From NCBI RefSeq assembly GCF_038025025.1, contig NW_027117346.1, forward strand, positions 1,240,001 to 1,304,000: a stretch of DNA of 64,000 nucleotides. Direction: 5' to 3'. The position numbers and the translations under genes were made by a program. Shown here in pieces: positions 49,601-62,533 of this stretch (its first letter is position 1; the number at the start of each line of letters is the position of its first letter). Source of the stretch: Phyllosticta citribraziliensis. Taxonomy: Eukaryota. The notes beneath the pieces are model-generated. The model was not told the origin of the DNA, searched no databases, and saw only the letters and a list, made by a program, of their open reading frames with translations.

Positions 49601-49826
49601 AGACGAGACGAGACGAGACGAGATGCGGTGGTTGCGGTGGTGGCTTGCCCCGGCTGCCTGCATGGGCAGACACCCGCCGCCAAACGTTTTCCCATTCATT
49701 CCTTGCTACATACCTACAAGTGCACCGCCCTGAATGCCTTCGGAGCATCATCCATGCTTTCGAGGCGGTGCGAAAGGACTTGGAGGAGAGAAGACCTGAG
49801 GCGCAGGCAGGCAGGCAGGCAGGCAG
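49601..49826. repeat. Simple repeats (AGACG)n at about 49601-49623 and (GCAG)n at about 49803-49826
   Basis: Read directly; typical of this microsatellite-rich intergenic DNA. Confidence 0.85.
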
Positions 49827-52800
49827 TCAGCTTGATGAGCGGCCAGACAGGCAGCATCGACCATAAACCAGCGCGCGTCAATATCGAGCATGTTTCCGCT
49901 CTCACTCGCTCCGCGTCCCTCTCCCTGCCACGCGAGGTCTTTAACGCGCGAGAATAAGGGACAGGGAAAGGGAAAGCAAGGCGGGGTAGGCAGGCACGGT
50001 GCTTTACGCGCGAGAAACGCGACCGCGGTCAGCCAGCCAAGGAAGCAAGGTAGGAGAGAGCTTGTTTGGTGGTTTGTTGCGGCCGTTGCACGAATAATGG
50101 AACCAAGCAGAGTCGCTTTCTTGTCTTTCTGCCTTGTACTACAGTGTGTACAGACAGATGAGTGCGCATGTATGTACCTGACCGCGTGCGCGTCTACTGC
50201 CTGGGCAATGGGTTCGCATGCAAGGTAAGGAGGTGAGGGTCCGGAAGCGTGCCCTGACCTGAGGCACGAGGCCCCCCTTCCTCTTTCCTTCTGTCTGTGA
50301 CACATGTTCCTCTCCAAACCAGCCCGGCTCACGTTCAACCCTCACTCAGCTCAGTCTCAGTCTCGCTGCTGCTGTCGTGTTTGCAACTCCCAGTAGATAT
50401 GTACCTACCACAACGCCCTCCCGCGCGCACGCGCAAACGGAACTGCCCAACAAGGCAACCCATCCCGACCTCCTCCCCCCCCTCCACCCCACCTGACCCG
50501 GACGGAAACGCGGATACAAGCGAGCCCGGCCGCGGGGCGTGCATCCCGTTCGTTTTCGGAGCGGAGCGGAGCAAAGCAGAGCAAAGCAAGAGCCAGCCAG
50601 CAGTGCGCGAGCTGCTAAAGGGGTGTTAAGGGGTTGACCGCCTCGCCGGTCGGTCTGAGCCTCAGGCCGACAAGGCAACAGGGCGAAGACGGGGTAGAGA
50701 GAGGAAAAGAGGGGAACAGAGGTACACTGGGAGAGGGACTGGAGCTTAGGCAAGTTGATGATGTTGAGTCCTGACGTATGCAGGAGAGCAGAGCACCTTG
50801 GTGGTGATGTGCGACATTGGGTATATGTGACATCATGGAAGCTCCAGAGGACCTAGGTACCGTAGATCCCGCCATCCATGTCGCTTCCATGTGGCATTGA
50901 TGTCAGTGGTAGACACTACTGCTGCTCTTCTCTTCTCTGCTGCTTCCAGACTACTCCCGCCACTAGGTGATGATCCAATGGCGAATGCTGTCAGCAGCAA
51001 TGAAGTCGTCAACACCAAAGCTATGACACTTGCGTCGCGGGCGCGCATTGGCTGGAAGCTAGACTTCTCCGCTCTCCCACCCTCTGCTCAACCTCACCTC
51101 ACCCACTTCACCGTGAACATGCTGATTCACTTCCTCACACGCTCCCTGCCTCGGACCTATCCATTAACTCCATCTCAAGTGCACCACGCCCGATACTTCC
51201 GCTCATCCGCAGGCCGCCAAGACGCACTCTTTCTCTAAACTCCATTGCCCGCCGCGCTCTCCCCTCTCCGTCCCGCCGTCTGCATAGCTAATCCACGAGA
51301 GCCAACCACCCGACAGGTAGGAAAGCACGGCGGATACGGGCGGAGGCGGAGAAAGGAGGGAAAGGCAGGCGGAGAAGGGTGTTTGCACGACTCTTGCGAG
51401 CAAACAAAAGGGCTCGGCATGACACAATGCTCCGGTACAGCGGCGGCGGGGATGGAGCGCATGCACGTACACGGCGTGGACGAGAAGCGGAGGTGTCAGT
51501 AGGGGCCAAGCTTTGTTCGATTTGTGATGACAAAGTATGTATGGGGTGGTAGTAGCAGCGGGCCGGGGCGTGAGCGGAACGATGAATGACGGCGGGGTCG
51601 AGCCGAGTCAATTGGATTCGGGATAGACTTTCTTTGATGTCGGTCGTCGCCATGTTCGTCGGTGCCTCCGAAGGTGAGCTTGTTTGGTAAATCCGCTCTG
51701 CTGGCCTTGGGCTTTGGCTCTCGTCTTTGTTTCACTGACAAAGAGATGAGTTCGCCTCAACCCCAAGGCAACCTTCATCGTTCCCATGTGCTTTTTGTTC
51801 TTCAATCGAGGTAGACAACAAAACCGCAGTTCTTCTTGTAGAGCATCCGTGCCTCGGAAGACGACAGGACCAGACCCTGTGGCGCAGCCGTAAAGCCAAC
51901 CGCAGCCGTAGCAAGCCACAGCCACTCCCGCGGTATTCCTACCCACTGCCTGTACCGGCCGGGCCACGCAGGCTACTGGTGGCGCGGAAGCGTTTCGTTC
52001 CGCGCACCAGAAGACATCATCCCGTCTGTCAGTCTCAACTGTCCGGTGCTCAGCCAACATGCCAAAATCTGGCGCCGAGCCCGAAAGAAGGGCAGTCAAC
52101 AATCTTCCGTATTCGCTCCTGAGTGGACGATGTTTCCTTGGGTCGCGTACCGTCGGATGGGTAACTATATGCCAATAGGCACCGCCGAACGACGAGACAG
52201 ACGGAGACCGAGCTTACCGGCGCGCGCGTGTGCCTCGGTCGAGCAAATCGAGTCGGCTGCGTTCCGGCCGCTATGCAGAGCACCCAAGTGGCTTTCCATT
52301 CATTTTGCTGTCGTCGGCGTCGCCGAACCGTGGTTCAGCGCATTGGATTACTCACCTCCGATGCATGCCCTTTTCGCAGGCACGCTATCCATGCTCGCTT
52401 TGCGCCGGGTAGTATGTAGCCGCTAGTTCAGCGACGCCCGGCAGTTTCTGCCGTGCTCGTTCCTTTCGCATTCTCGTACCCTCCTCCGCTGTAATACCAT
52501 GGTCGGCAGATCAGGTATTTTGAGCATTGAGAGAAACGAATACGACGCGCGCGTGCCTGCGCTTGGCCTCGTGTGTGGCTTGCGAGGTCTTGGCTCTGGC
52601 TTGTTTGCTCGTCGATCATCAAAGGCGGTGTTCTGCTTGTTCCTGTCTGGCTTTCTCTTGTGGCTTTGATTTGCTTCGCTTTGTGTCAACATTGTTGCAC
52701 GGATCCATGTGGAGACGCTGAATGTGGTAGTAGGATAGGGAGAATGAGCATTCCATCTGTAGCAACGCACCGCGACGCACTCTTCATTCACTCCGGAATG

Positions 52801-55800
52801 GGCACTTGCGCCTCTGTCCAGGTGCTCCATTGTCCACGTGCAGCTGGCTCGATATCAACGAGCCTCCCTGCATACAAACGGGCAACAGAGATGCAGCATG
52901 TTCACTGTGACTTTTGCTCAACCTAAACCACAAGACCGCAGTGACTGACAGCTGCGCCCTACGCCGCACATCTGCCTGCGCAGGCGTAAGGTTTGCAGCA
53001 GCAGCATGTAGCTAGCCAGGGCAAGTGTGGGGAAGACGATGAGTTGTTCCCCTCGCCGTTCATGCACTGAATGCATGCTCTCTGCAGTAGTCAAGAAACT
53101 ACTAGTCGTTCTATGCCATGGCCCTGTGTGCACCCTCGCTAAACAAAATCTGCCTTACGGATACGCCTGACAGACTGGCAGGCACAACGCGGGACGAGCG
53201 TGCCGGAGGATCATTCGCGATTTTCCTCCTTGCTGCGCGCTCAGAGCCTCTGAGAAAGAAAGAGGGATGGCGGACAATTTCCCCAATACGGATGTACGAA
53301 TGGGATCGGCGCGCCGGGCAGATCATCAATCATCAACTGCGATCATGTGTACGGTATGTACGTGCTCTGCTCTGCTCTGCAAATCGATAGAAGGATATGT
53401 AGAAAGCACGGGAACAGAAGATTCCGGACAGTTGGGGGTCACGGGCCTATGCGCGCCTTGCCTTGCCCTGTCGGTTTGACGAAGCGCGCGTGCTGAGGGT
53501 TGATGATGAGGCGCGTGGTTCGCTCCTCTTCACTTCGTATGTCGAAACGAGAAATGAGGAAACGAGAAAGTGAGCACCGTAGCGAAATGCGCTCAACGAG
53601 AAACCGCAGAGTCATCGCCCTCATGCAATGGCTGTGTGTACAATCCAGCCAGCCCTACATGTCCGGCAGGCCTGCCTCGGCAAGCGAATCCGCGTCGCGG
53701 GCGGCAGGCAACCGGAAACAAGCGGTGACGGGATGACTATTCGACAAGGGCGTGTCAGCAGAAAAGAGATGCGATGCCGCGAAGCCGTGCTGCGCTGCCG
53801 CGGGTGACGGTCGGCGGGCGGCGGGCAGCGGGGCTGGCAGGCTAAGGCACGGTGCCCGGTGCCCACACTTTCTACGAATTGCCATGCCCTTTGTTCATAT
53901 TTTGCATGCCCTCGGTGTCAGTTTTCGCTCGCCACAAGTCGACGATGACGAGAATCAAAAGTGGTGGTGTTGCGGGGCGGGGAGAATTTGACCGGGCCGG
54001 ATTTGTGGATGTAGCGAGAGATGTTGCGAGACGGAGGCGAATCAGATCCATTTTTATTCGACTTTTTTTCTTTCCTTCTCTTCGTCTTCCCTGTTCTCTC
54101 TCACGATGAACGCTTGTTGAGCCTTGGTTGGTCAGTTTGCTCTTTAGTTGTTGGTGTTGGTTGGGACAGCGGCCGTGGGGGCTGCAATCTTTTGCTCTCT
54201 CCACAATTTCCGCCGTTCAACATGATGGCTTCGTCGCTGTGGCTTGTTGGTCTCAACGAGGGTCTCCGCGGATTGATTGCTCTCATCCGAAAGTCGCGAG
54301 AGACAGACATCAAGGTTCCCGCCTCGCGCGGATGCCGCTGCCGCTGCCGGTCAGGCAGTCACTGAGGACTGGCGAGATGCAGTCCAAACCCTGTGGCGGC
54401 GGGATGAAGAGTTTTCAAAAGGGCGTCCCGGATCACTTTCGACGCTTTTCATTATCAATTTCTTGTCCAGCAAAATTTTCTCGCCGTCTCGTCCCTGCCC
54501 AGCAACACCAACCGCGCCAGGAACCTTCTGCCCTGTACAGGGACGGGAGCTCGGAGCGGAGGCTGTACCTGGCGCACAGACCACATCTTCTGCGTTGCCC
54601 GTGCGAGGGATTGCCGCCATGGATCCATCCGCCATCGTGTAATCAACATCTTTTCGCTTCTTCGCTTTTCATCTTCATTTCTCATCCGTTTTGTCACGCC
54701 CGTGCGGTCGCTACTGCCCTTTCCTGCCCTCCACCCTATTGACTCTCCAAGCACATGCCCGCGCAGTCGAGTGCTGTGAGCAATTTGGGATCCGGGCGGA
54801 GCTCGGCGTTTGTCCAGTCCACAGAGAGCGAGCTTGAGGACCCTGCCTCACCTCCCGGCTGCGACCGGCTCGCACGTCTTCTTCCTTGTTGAACATCTCT
54901 CCCCCGGCTCTTCTTTGTCGTTGGTGGTTCGCCGCGGCTTTCGGCCGGCGTCCGGACGAAAAATGGCTGGCTAGATTTGTGCCCCGACGAACTTGACCAT
55001 GCCATGTGTCGAGTGCTGACATTTGGCTGTGTCTGCTGCACCAATTTGTCACTCTCCAGTCACCTTCTGGAGCGTTGTTGACTGGTTGGTTGGTTGGTCG
55101 TTTGCGGAGACCTGTTTGGCGCGGATGCGACCGCACCAACACCTGCGGTGGCCGGTTTCAGCACCTCGGCCTCGGCCTGTCAGCAACACTTGACCCTTTC
55201 ATCTCATCAATCAAGTCCGCACAACGATGCTGACACTTCTCCGCTGTTGTGCCCGATTAGAGAGACGACTCCCATCCATCGCACGCAGCTTGGGCTCGTG
55301 AATGCCCATCCAACATTTTCTGCCGGCAGAACCACCACCACATCCTTCGCCCAAAATAGCCACCACCACCTCCCACATGGCATGCAATCGAAACAGACCG
55401 CTTCTTCCACCAACCTCTCCCCCACCAACCAGCCTGTCAGCCAATCTCCCACACGACGCCTCCTCGCGATGCTACCCCACGGCCTGGAAAGCTGGCCGCA
55501 TCGCACCGCGTGGTCCACGGGCGCCGCGAGCCCCCGCGTTTGTTTCGCGCGGAATTACCATTTGTGGCAAAGCGACCATGGAGCCCGGGTAGACGGCGAC
55601 CTCTCCGCCAGCCCAGCCAGCCCACCGGGCTCTAGTTTTCCTGACGTGTGGGGGTTGTGGTATAGCAGAACGCCGACCCTTTTTCGCTACTTGTCCCTGG
55701 TAAACACTTCCAGCATCGTCACGGCGCCTTGTCATCAGATCGGTCAGGGACGAGGTGTGCGCGGGATCCCTTTCGCGATGTGGCATCCCACGCCTTCCCC

Positions 55801-58571
55801 CGAGTACTGCGACATCGGGCATGCTTCAGGTTGACCACCACTGCAGCACTCAAGTCTCGTGGCTGCCTGTTTGCCCTGCCCGTCTTCACGACGCGCGGAA
55901 CTAGGCTGTGGTGGGAGGCTCAGTTGAGACAGGCCTCGGTCAATCAAGTGAATAGGGCTATACGTACGAGTACGGGGAATATTTGTGCACCTATTTTGCT
56001 ACCTGTCCGCCCGTTAGCGAAGACGCCAACATGGGACAGTGCCACTACGGCTTCAGGGACCCTCCAAGATGCCGCGTGTGTGTCCTCGACACGAGGATTG
56101 TGTGCCTGGTGCACAGCTGCCGGGGATCAGCCCTCCAGCTGACTGCTCAGTGCTTCACAGCCGTGTCGCCGTTTTCCCCATCCAAGCGTCCCCAGCCCAT
56201 GTCCACCTCCACAGAGCTTCTCGCACTTGACCACATCGCCATCCCATCTGATCTGCTCGATGCAGTTCGTCATAGCCGTCAACAGACTTCAAGATCAGCT
56301 CCCGTCTGCATCTCATCTGCTCACGTTCTGCGCTTGGCCTACATCATGCTCGTCGATCTCCCGGAGTCCTGTCCACGACCACCCCGTCTGGAGGTGCCGC
56401 TTCCGGTAGGCATTGGCGTCGTTTGCTGGGAGGTGTTTGCTCCGCTGCAACTTTAATTGTGCTCTCGAGTCGCTGAGCTGCACAGTCTCGGCCTCTCCCC
56501 GTCCCGTTGGCCCGTACGAGTCAAACGGCCAATTTCCACCCTCTCATTTGCTGCCGTCATTGTTGCGCCCGCTACTCTTGCGTCATAAGCGTTCGTCGTC
56601 GACGCTATCATCCGGCCTGGACGATAACCTGTGAAGGGTTTTTTTTTTTCTGCCGGCAGAATCAGACTCGCGGTTGACGTTCTCCAGTTCTTTTTGTCGC
56701 AGAAAATCGGATGCTTTGCGATCCATGACGTACGTGTGCTGTTCGTTGACGCGCAGCACCAGGCAGATCAAGTTCGCAATCCACACCCACATTACCGAGC
56801 GCGACCAAGTCTCGACCGCGCAACCAACGGCGACGACAGGCCCAGCCCAGCTTAGCCTTCTGACTTCCCGCCCGCACGTGGCACTGGGCAGGTCCAGTCG
56901 TTTACTATTCATTCCCTGGAGGTTTCGTCATTTGAATGTCGACCTGATGCGACGAGTTCGCAATCAAGCTTGCGTCCATCCTTGACCAAGGCAAGCACCG
57001 TGGCCATCAAACAACCTGCCCTTTGTGGTATGCCCTGTCGCATCGGTCACCGAACCGCTGTCCTGGCGGAATGGTACCTCGACGGGACCCCTCCGCCCAC
57101 TCGCGGCGGCGGCCCGTACCTGCACGCTAGCACAACACGAGCTACCTGCCCTGACCACGAACCGTAATCTTGGATGGCTCTGTTTCGAATGCTCGGCCAA
57201 TGGTTCTCCGTTCGTTTGAAAGATGGCGCTCAGCAGATTCCGGACGCATCGCAGAATGGCCCAGACGGTCGGGCTCCTCTGCGAGATGCTTACTGCGAGT
57301 AAGCGGTATCAAAGCGCGTCGAAGCCGTATTGCGCTTTGCACCAGAGATAGCAATCGGTTTGTCCATGCTGCGGGCCGCAGACCTCCGTCTGGGGTAGGT
57401 ATTCGGCTTGTGTCTGCGCGGAGAGAAGAACGACGAGAGCCAGCCCGGGTCGTTGTCGCCCGATGCCATTCCAGCTCGCCTGAGTGCCCGAATGCTCGCC
57501 TGCTTGTTTGAGTGCCCGCGTGGTGACGTTGGAGTGCCGACCTGTTGCAAAGGCTCTGTGTGAAGTCTGGCATTGGATTCGTGAGTCAGGACCTGAGGCT
57601 GAGTTGAGATCTGGGGTAACGGAGCTCGGTTGGTACGTACCGCATTCGACCTTCTCTAGTTGAGGGCATGCCGGTCAGAGCTATCAGTCTGGCTCTGTAC
57701 CGTGGAGAGCGAGGAGTGGAGATTTGAGTGGCTCTTTTGTAACCTTGAGGCCAGTTTTCTACTCAGCAAGGCACGCACCAGTCAAGCAATCAACAACCGC
57801 GCCGCCTAAAACGATGGCAGGCTGTTCCGTAAGCCAGAGGAGCGAATAATGGCTGGAAATACCTGCCGGTGTAAAAGAGCTTGGGATGCGGAGTGAATTG
57901 GTTGAGTTCAAAGAGTAGGAAAAAATGCGGATGGGGAAAGACGAAACCAGCGTCGGGTGTAGTCATGGAGGCAAATGAGATGGCGCCAGAACGGGCAGGC
58001 GCTGCGTCGAGAAAATATGCGCAAAGCCCCATCTATCGTCTTTTCCCTACAACATCTTCATCACCATTCAAATTCGAAACAAACGCCATTTGATCCTTGA
58101 ACTTCGACCGTCGACGATTTCACCACCAGAGAGCTTCAGCGCACGGGCTTTCGATCGAAAAGGGCCACAAATTCGCGCCTTGGGTCCTGATCTAGGCTGG
58201 AGAGAATCGGACATGATGCTCAGCCCCAACTTTATTGACTCAAATAGGCTAAGCACCCCTGGAATCAGTGATGAGCGACCACATCAGCGTTGGCGATGCT
58301 TTGTCATGCCCAAAAATGCGTGTGGCTTCGGCAACTGACCTCTAACTGCCATGATCTCCTTTGGGGCCGAAATGATAGGACGGCGCCGCAAGAAGTCTGC
58401 ATGCGTGAATATCACAGTGCATGAATCCCCACCGACGGAATAGATTGGTTTGACCTTAACCAACGCTTTAAGCGCCTTCACTGATGTCTTTGCGCATAAC
58501 TGTCGACGGCCATCATTCAGAGAAACCTTTTAAATTCTCCAACATTGAGATCTAGGGAGTCTTGCTTGAAT

Positions 58572-61500
58572 ATGGGTTGGTGGGATGACTTCGCCAACAA
58601 TCTTGCCACGGACCTTGGTCCCCTCATCGCGCTCTTTGGAGAAGCGCCGACAAAACAGTACCTTAGCGAAACAACAATGCCGGAAGACATTGTCATTTTC
58701 GCAATGGCGCCTATTGGAATTCTAACTGCGGTCGTGTCAGCGATTCGTGTCTGCGGGTCACCGTCTCTACGGGCTTTCATTGGGCGAGCACAGGAAGGAG
58801 AAGGAAATGCGGAAGTCGAGCTCTGTTCTTCTACCAGCCGGAACGTTGGTGAATTGTACAACAACGGAGGCATCGCTCGTGTCTTTGGCACCCCGAAACT
58901 CCTCGAAATCATCTTTGATCCTGAAGCACTGAAAGAGGACTTTTATCCAAACTATTTCAAAAAAGCAAGTGCGGGAATCCATCTGCCGAGGGACTATTTC
59001 AACAATCTCAGGAAAGAATCAGAGTGGACCGAAAAAGGCACGAGGAGAGGCAAAAACACTGTGGAAGACGGTACCGAAACGCAACACACGAAAGACTTTG
59101 CGCCAAATCCAAATCTCTCTCTCAACGTCGGAATTCAGGAGCGTCCTAGGCCCTGGTTTTTGGTGGCTGCTTGCCTGGGAGTTACTCTGCAATGTGGAGT
59201 ATTGGTGTGGGCCGGTTTTTCAAGATACACCCTCCACCTCATTCAGAGCAATCCTACAGCGGAGTACGCTGTACCAATGACTGTCACTGGAACAATACTC
59301 GTGAGCTTTGGGGTAGGTCTATGCGCTCTATTGGTGGACAGCACGACTGGAGAACGACGGTTCAAGAGAAACGGAAATTTGACGAACTACCAATCTCAGA
59401 TGTACTGGATTCAACCAGGGAACCAGAAAATCGGCGATCAAGCTTTCGACTCATTCGCGTACACCAAAGACAAGAGTACATCAGAGTACATCACTTCATG
59501 GAAGAAGAAGCCGGATGGGATGGAAAAGAATCGTGTCGAAGCTTTGGTCTGGCTTGCCGTCGGATCCTCAATTGTTGGTTTCATCCTGCAATTTCTGGGG
59601 CTAAGAGCATGTCACTCGTCTGTGTCCGTAGCTCAATTGGGAGTCATGCTCGTGATGAGCATTGTCCGTGCGGGCCTCCGGACGCAACGGTTAAAAGACG
59701 AGCAAAATCTTATTGGCAAGGACTCGGACACCTTCAAAGGCCACGAACTTGATTGGCTCGCACTCCAGCTAGGAAGAGACGCCAGAAGCCAACGTAAATG
59801 GCGGATCGCCTATGTTGGGACCGACTATTCACAAGTGGCCGCCTTTTTTGGGGACAAAAACCGGAAGTCGCTTTGCATCGGGGAAGAGTACCAGTTGGTC
59901 GGATTTCGACCGACAGACACCAACCATGAAGAAGCCGGGCTGAATCATTTTCCAGAGGGATGGCTCAAGGACTTCCAGAGCACCAGAGAAGGATCGCCCC
60001 CGCATGATGCCGTCAAAACATTTCTTTATCGATGTCGACTGGCACGAATTACCGATCATTGGACAGAGGCCCTGGTTCCTGTGCGAGAGACTGCCGCTGC
60101 ACTAGCGAGAGCGATAGAAGGAACTGCCGACTTCATTTTCGCTGCTTACGACATCAAAGACGACTGGGACGAGGTTTATGCCATGTACTGGCCGATCAAG
60201 TGCGAGCTGCTGGGCCAGACTACCAAGCCTGGTGACGGAGCGATGGAGGTTTTCATCTCACTTAAACGCCATGTCGATTGGAATGGAAGCATCTCTGGAA
60301 ATTGGAAGGTAGATGTGCCCGAGCTGGAGGCGGTGCTTGGACTTCAACTGTTGGCATTGGACGAATACCGAAGAAGGAATCAATACGCAGAAGAAACGAA
60401 AAGCTCTCGAGAAATTCAGAGCATGCGGATTCTTTGGCAACTTCCCGACAATGCGGATTTCGACCTGCAATGCATGGAATACGACATGTGGCGAGAGAGC
60501 AGACAACCCAAAATCCGCAACGACGAAGTGGACCCACCATGGTCGAGAGACAAGTCCTCTCTACGGACCGAATCCATTCCAATGCCTTTGCGATTCGGTT
60601 GGCGAAACATATGTCAAAAGGACCAGAATTCTGCGAGAGTGCGCGTTTTGGCACTGCCCACAAACCTACCTCTTCCAAAACTCTGTGCACAAGACATGTA
60701 CTCGTCTTTTTTCATGGCAATTCTTCGCATCATTGCGGATTTGGAAGGTTATTCTTCTCCAGAAGGGCTTTGTTTGAAATGGGACATCATCTCACGGGCC
60801 CAAAACATATTCGGAGAGAGCGGCCTGGGCTCTGCGGACGACGCTTTAATATGTGCAGTTCCAGCTCTTAAACTGCAGAAGAAAACGCCAACCCCGCTCC
60901 ACGTTGCTGTTCAACCTCAATTTGTAGGCTGGAAGGTCTTCTTGGATCTCTTGGATATTCAAGCCAATCAAGATCCAAAAGTAAAAAACAGGGACACAAG
61001 CTCAGACGACCTCAAACAACATGAGAAAGTGGTCGATCTTCTATTGCGCAGAAATGTCGACGTCGATGCGAAAGATGACGACGGGCGCACTCCTCTTTCT
61101 TATGCTGCATATGAGGGGGCACCATCAATAGTCAAGCTTCTCTTGGACAATAAAGCCGATGTCAATGCAAAGGACGAGAGCTTTGGAGATACAGCTCTAC
61201 TAGACGCGTTGAAAGGCGATCCCGACTTGATCGACAGACGGCAGAGCCAGAAAGCGGACATCGTTAAACTCCTATTGCGAAGAGGAGCTGATCCGAACTC
61301 GAAAAACCACCGGGAGTTTACACCATTGCACTTGGCCGCAAGTTTCGGGAGACTAGACATCATTCAGGAATTGCTTGAGAGAGGAGCTGACCCGAACTCG
61401 GAAAACCATGCAGGGTATACGCCATTGCACGTGGCCACGGATTGCGGGGAATCAGACATCGTTCATGAATTGCTTGAGAGAGGAGCTGACCCGATCTCGA

Positions 61501-61862
61501 AAAACCATGAAGGGGTTACGCCATTGCACTTGGCTGTGAATTTCGGGAAAACAGACATCATTCAAGAATTGCTTGAGAGAGGAGCAGATCCAAGCTCACG
61601 AAATGACTCTGGACTGACTCCGTTGGATTTTGCACGAGAGTCTGGGGATACGAGCGCTATTGAGCTTCTAGAACGAAAACTGGGGATACGTACAGCGGTG
61701 GAAGAAGAATCCGACGGCGACTCGAGTTCGAATTCGAGCGATGCGGAAACGGATAGCCAGGGTGTGCGGTTGCCTGTCACTTCTTCAGACAATGGAAGGC
61801 AGAGTGCTCGCTTTCGTCAAAGTTCGACAACCCACGAGATCACCATCAACATCAGAACGTAG
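58572..61862 (+). CDS. Multi-pass membrane protein with C-terminal ankyrin repeats (about 1096 aa, intronless)
   Basis: N-terminal WDDFANNLATDLGPLIALFGE..IFAMAPIGILTAVVSAIRVCG..RAFIGRAQE..ELCSSTS; several hydrophobic segments (WFLVAACLGVTLQCGVLVWAG, GTILVSFGVGLCALLV, SSIVGFILQFLGLR); about 7 ankyrin repeats. Confidence 0.88.
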   Translation: MGWWDDFANNLATDLGPLIALFGEAPTKQYLSETTMPEDIVIFAMAPIGILTAVVSAIRVCGSPSLRAFIGRAQEGEGNAEVELCSSTSRNVGELYNNGGIARVFGTPKLLEIIFDPEALKEDFYPNYFKKASAGIHLPRDYFNNLRKESEWTEKGTRRGKNTVEDGTETQHTKDFAPNPNLSLNVGIQERPRPWFLVAACLGVTLQCGVLVWAGFSRYTLHLIQSNPTAEYAVPMTVTGTILVSFGVGLCALLVDSTTGERRFKRNGNLTNYQSQMYWIQPGNQKIGDQAFDSFAYTKDKSTSEYITSWKKKPDGMEKNRVEALVWLAVGSSIVGFILQFLGLRACHSSVSVAQLGVMLVMSIVRAGLRTQRLKDEQNLIGKDSDTFKGHELDWLALQLGRDARSQRKWRIAYVGTDYSQVAAFFGDKNRKSLCIGEEYQLVGFRPTDTNHEEAGLNHFPEGWLKDFQSTREGSPPHDAVKTFLYRCRLARITDHWTEALVPVRETAAALARAIEGTADFIFAAYDIKDDWDEVYAMYWPIKCELLGQTTKPGDGAMEVFISLKRHVDWNGSISGNWKVDVPELEAVLGLQLLALDEYRRRNQYAEETKSSREIQSMRILWQLPDNADFDLQCMEYDMWRESRQPKIRNDEVDPPWSRDKSSLRTESIPMPLRFGWRNICQKDQNSARVRVLALPTNLPLPKLCAQDMYSSFFMAILRIIADLEGYSSPEGLCLKWDIISRAQNIFGESGLGSADDALICAVPALKLQKKTPTPLHVAVQPQFVGWKVFLDLLDIQANQDPKVKNRDTSSDDLKQHEKVVDLLLRRNVDVDAKDDDGRTPLSYAAYEGAPSIVKLLLDNKADVNAKDESFGDTALLDALKGDPDLIDRRQSQKADIVKLLLRRGADPNSKNHREFTPLHLAASFGRLDIIQELLERGADPNSENHAGYTPLHVATDCGESDIVHELLERGADPISKNHEGVTPLHLAVNFGKTDIIQELLERGADPSSRNDSGLTPLDFARESGDTSAIELLERKLGIRTAVEEESDGDSSSNSSDAETDSQGVRLPVTSSDNGRQSARFRQSSTTHEITINIRT
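61281..61626 (+). repeat. Three and a half tandem 99-nt near-identical ankyrin-coding units
   Basis: Units start at 61281, 61380, 61479 and 61578 with AGAGGAGC(T/A)GA; the first three end GAATTGCTTGAG. Confidence 0.92.
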
Positions 61863-62533
61863 AGTTCCACGCTACTCGAAACCAGGTCAATCAACGTGTA
61901 GTTCCGGCCAGGAATCAAATTTATATCACGGAATCCAGATCCACTCGAGCAATTCGCCTCATTTCATCGTTCGCCTTTCATGTAGTAGCATCGGAAGCTG
62001 CTTGGCAGCCATGGTTCAAAACGGACCATTCAATTCGGCCCTGTACTGGAACAAAAGTTGTGATACACAAAACGGAGAGCATGATGAGCCAGAAGAAATG
62101 GAGTCCAGAAACAGGAACACAAACCTCCTCAAAGGATACGAACTTGAGCAGAAGTGTGGCGGCTTTTACCATCGAGCCTCGCATCGTGATCGATTTCCAG
62201 CGGCATTGGGGTTGCACTGAAGCAAGATTGGACGAAACGCTTGGGTGGCCGATTGAGTTTCTTTCAAGCCGAGTCTAGTCGCTTGGATCTTTGATCGCCG
62301 TCTTTGGTGTCGTGAGGCTGTGGCTAGCGGCGCCGTCCCTATTGAGGCCCCCTTGCGTCCTGGTTCGCTGCCACCAAAACCCAATCGACTCGGACTTGAC
62401 AAAGAATTTCCTCGACGACTCTACGCATTCTCCACGCTTCGCAGGCTTGAGAGAAGCTCCACAAGCTCATCAAAATGCTGTTTATATCTATTGTTTTCCA
62501 GCATTCTTCCATCAGCACCACAAAACATCAACT

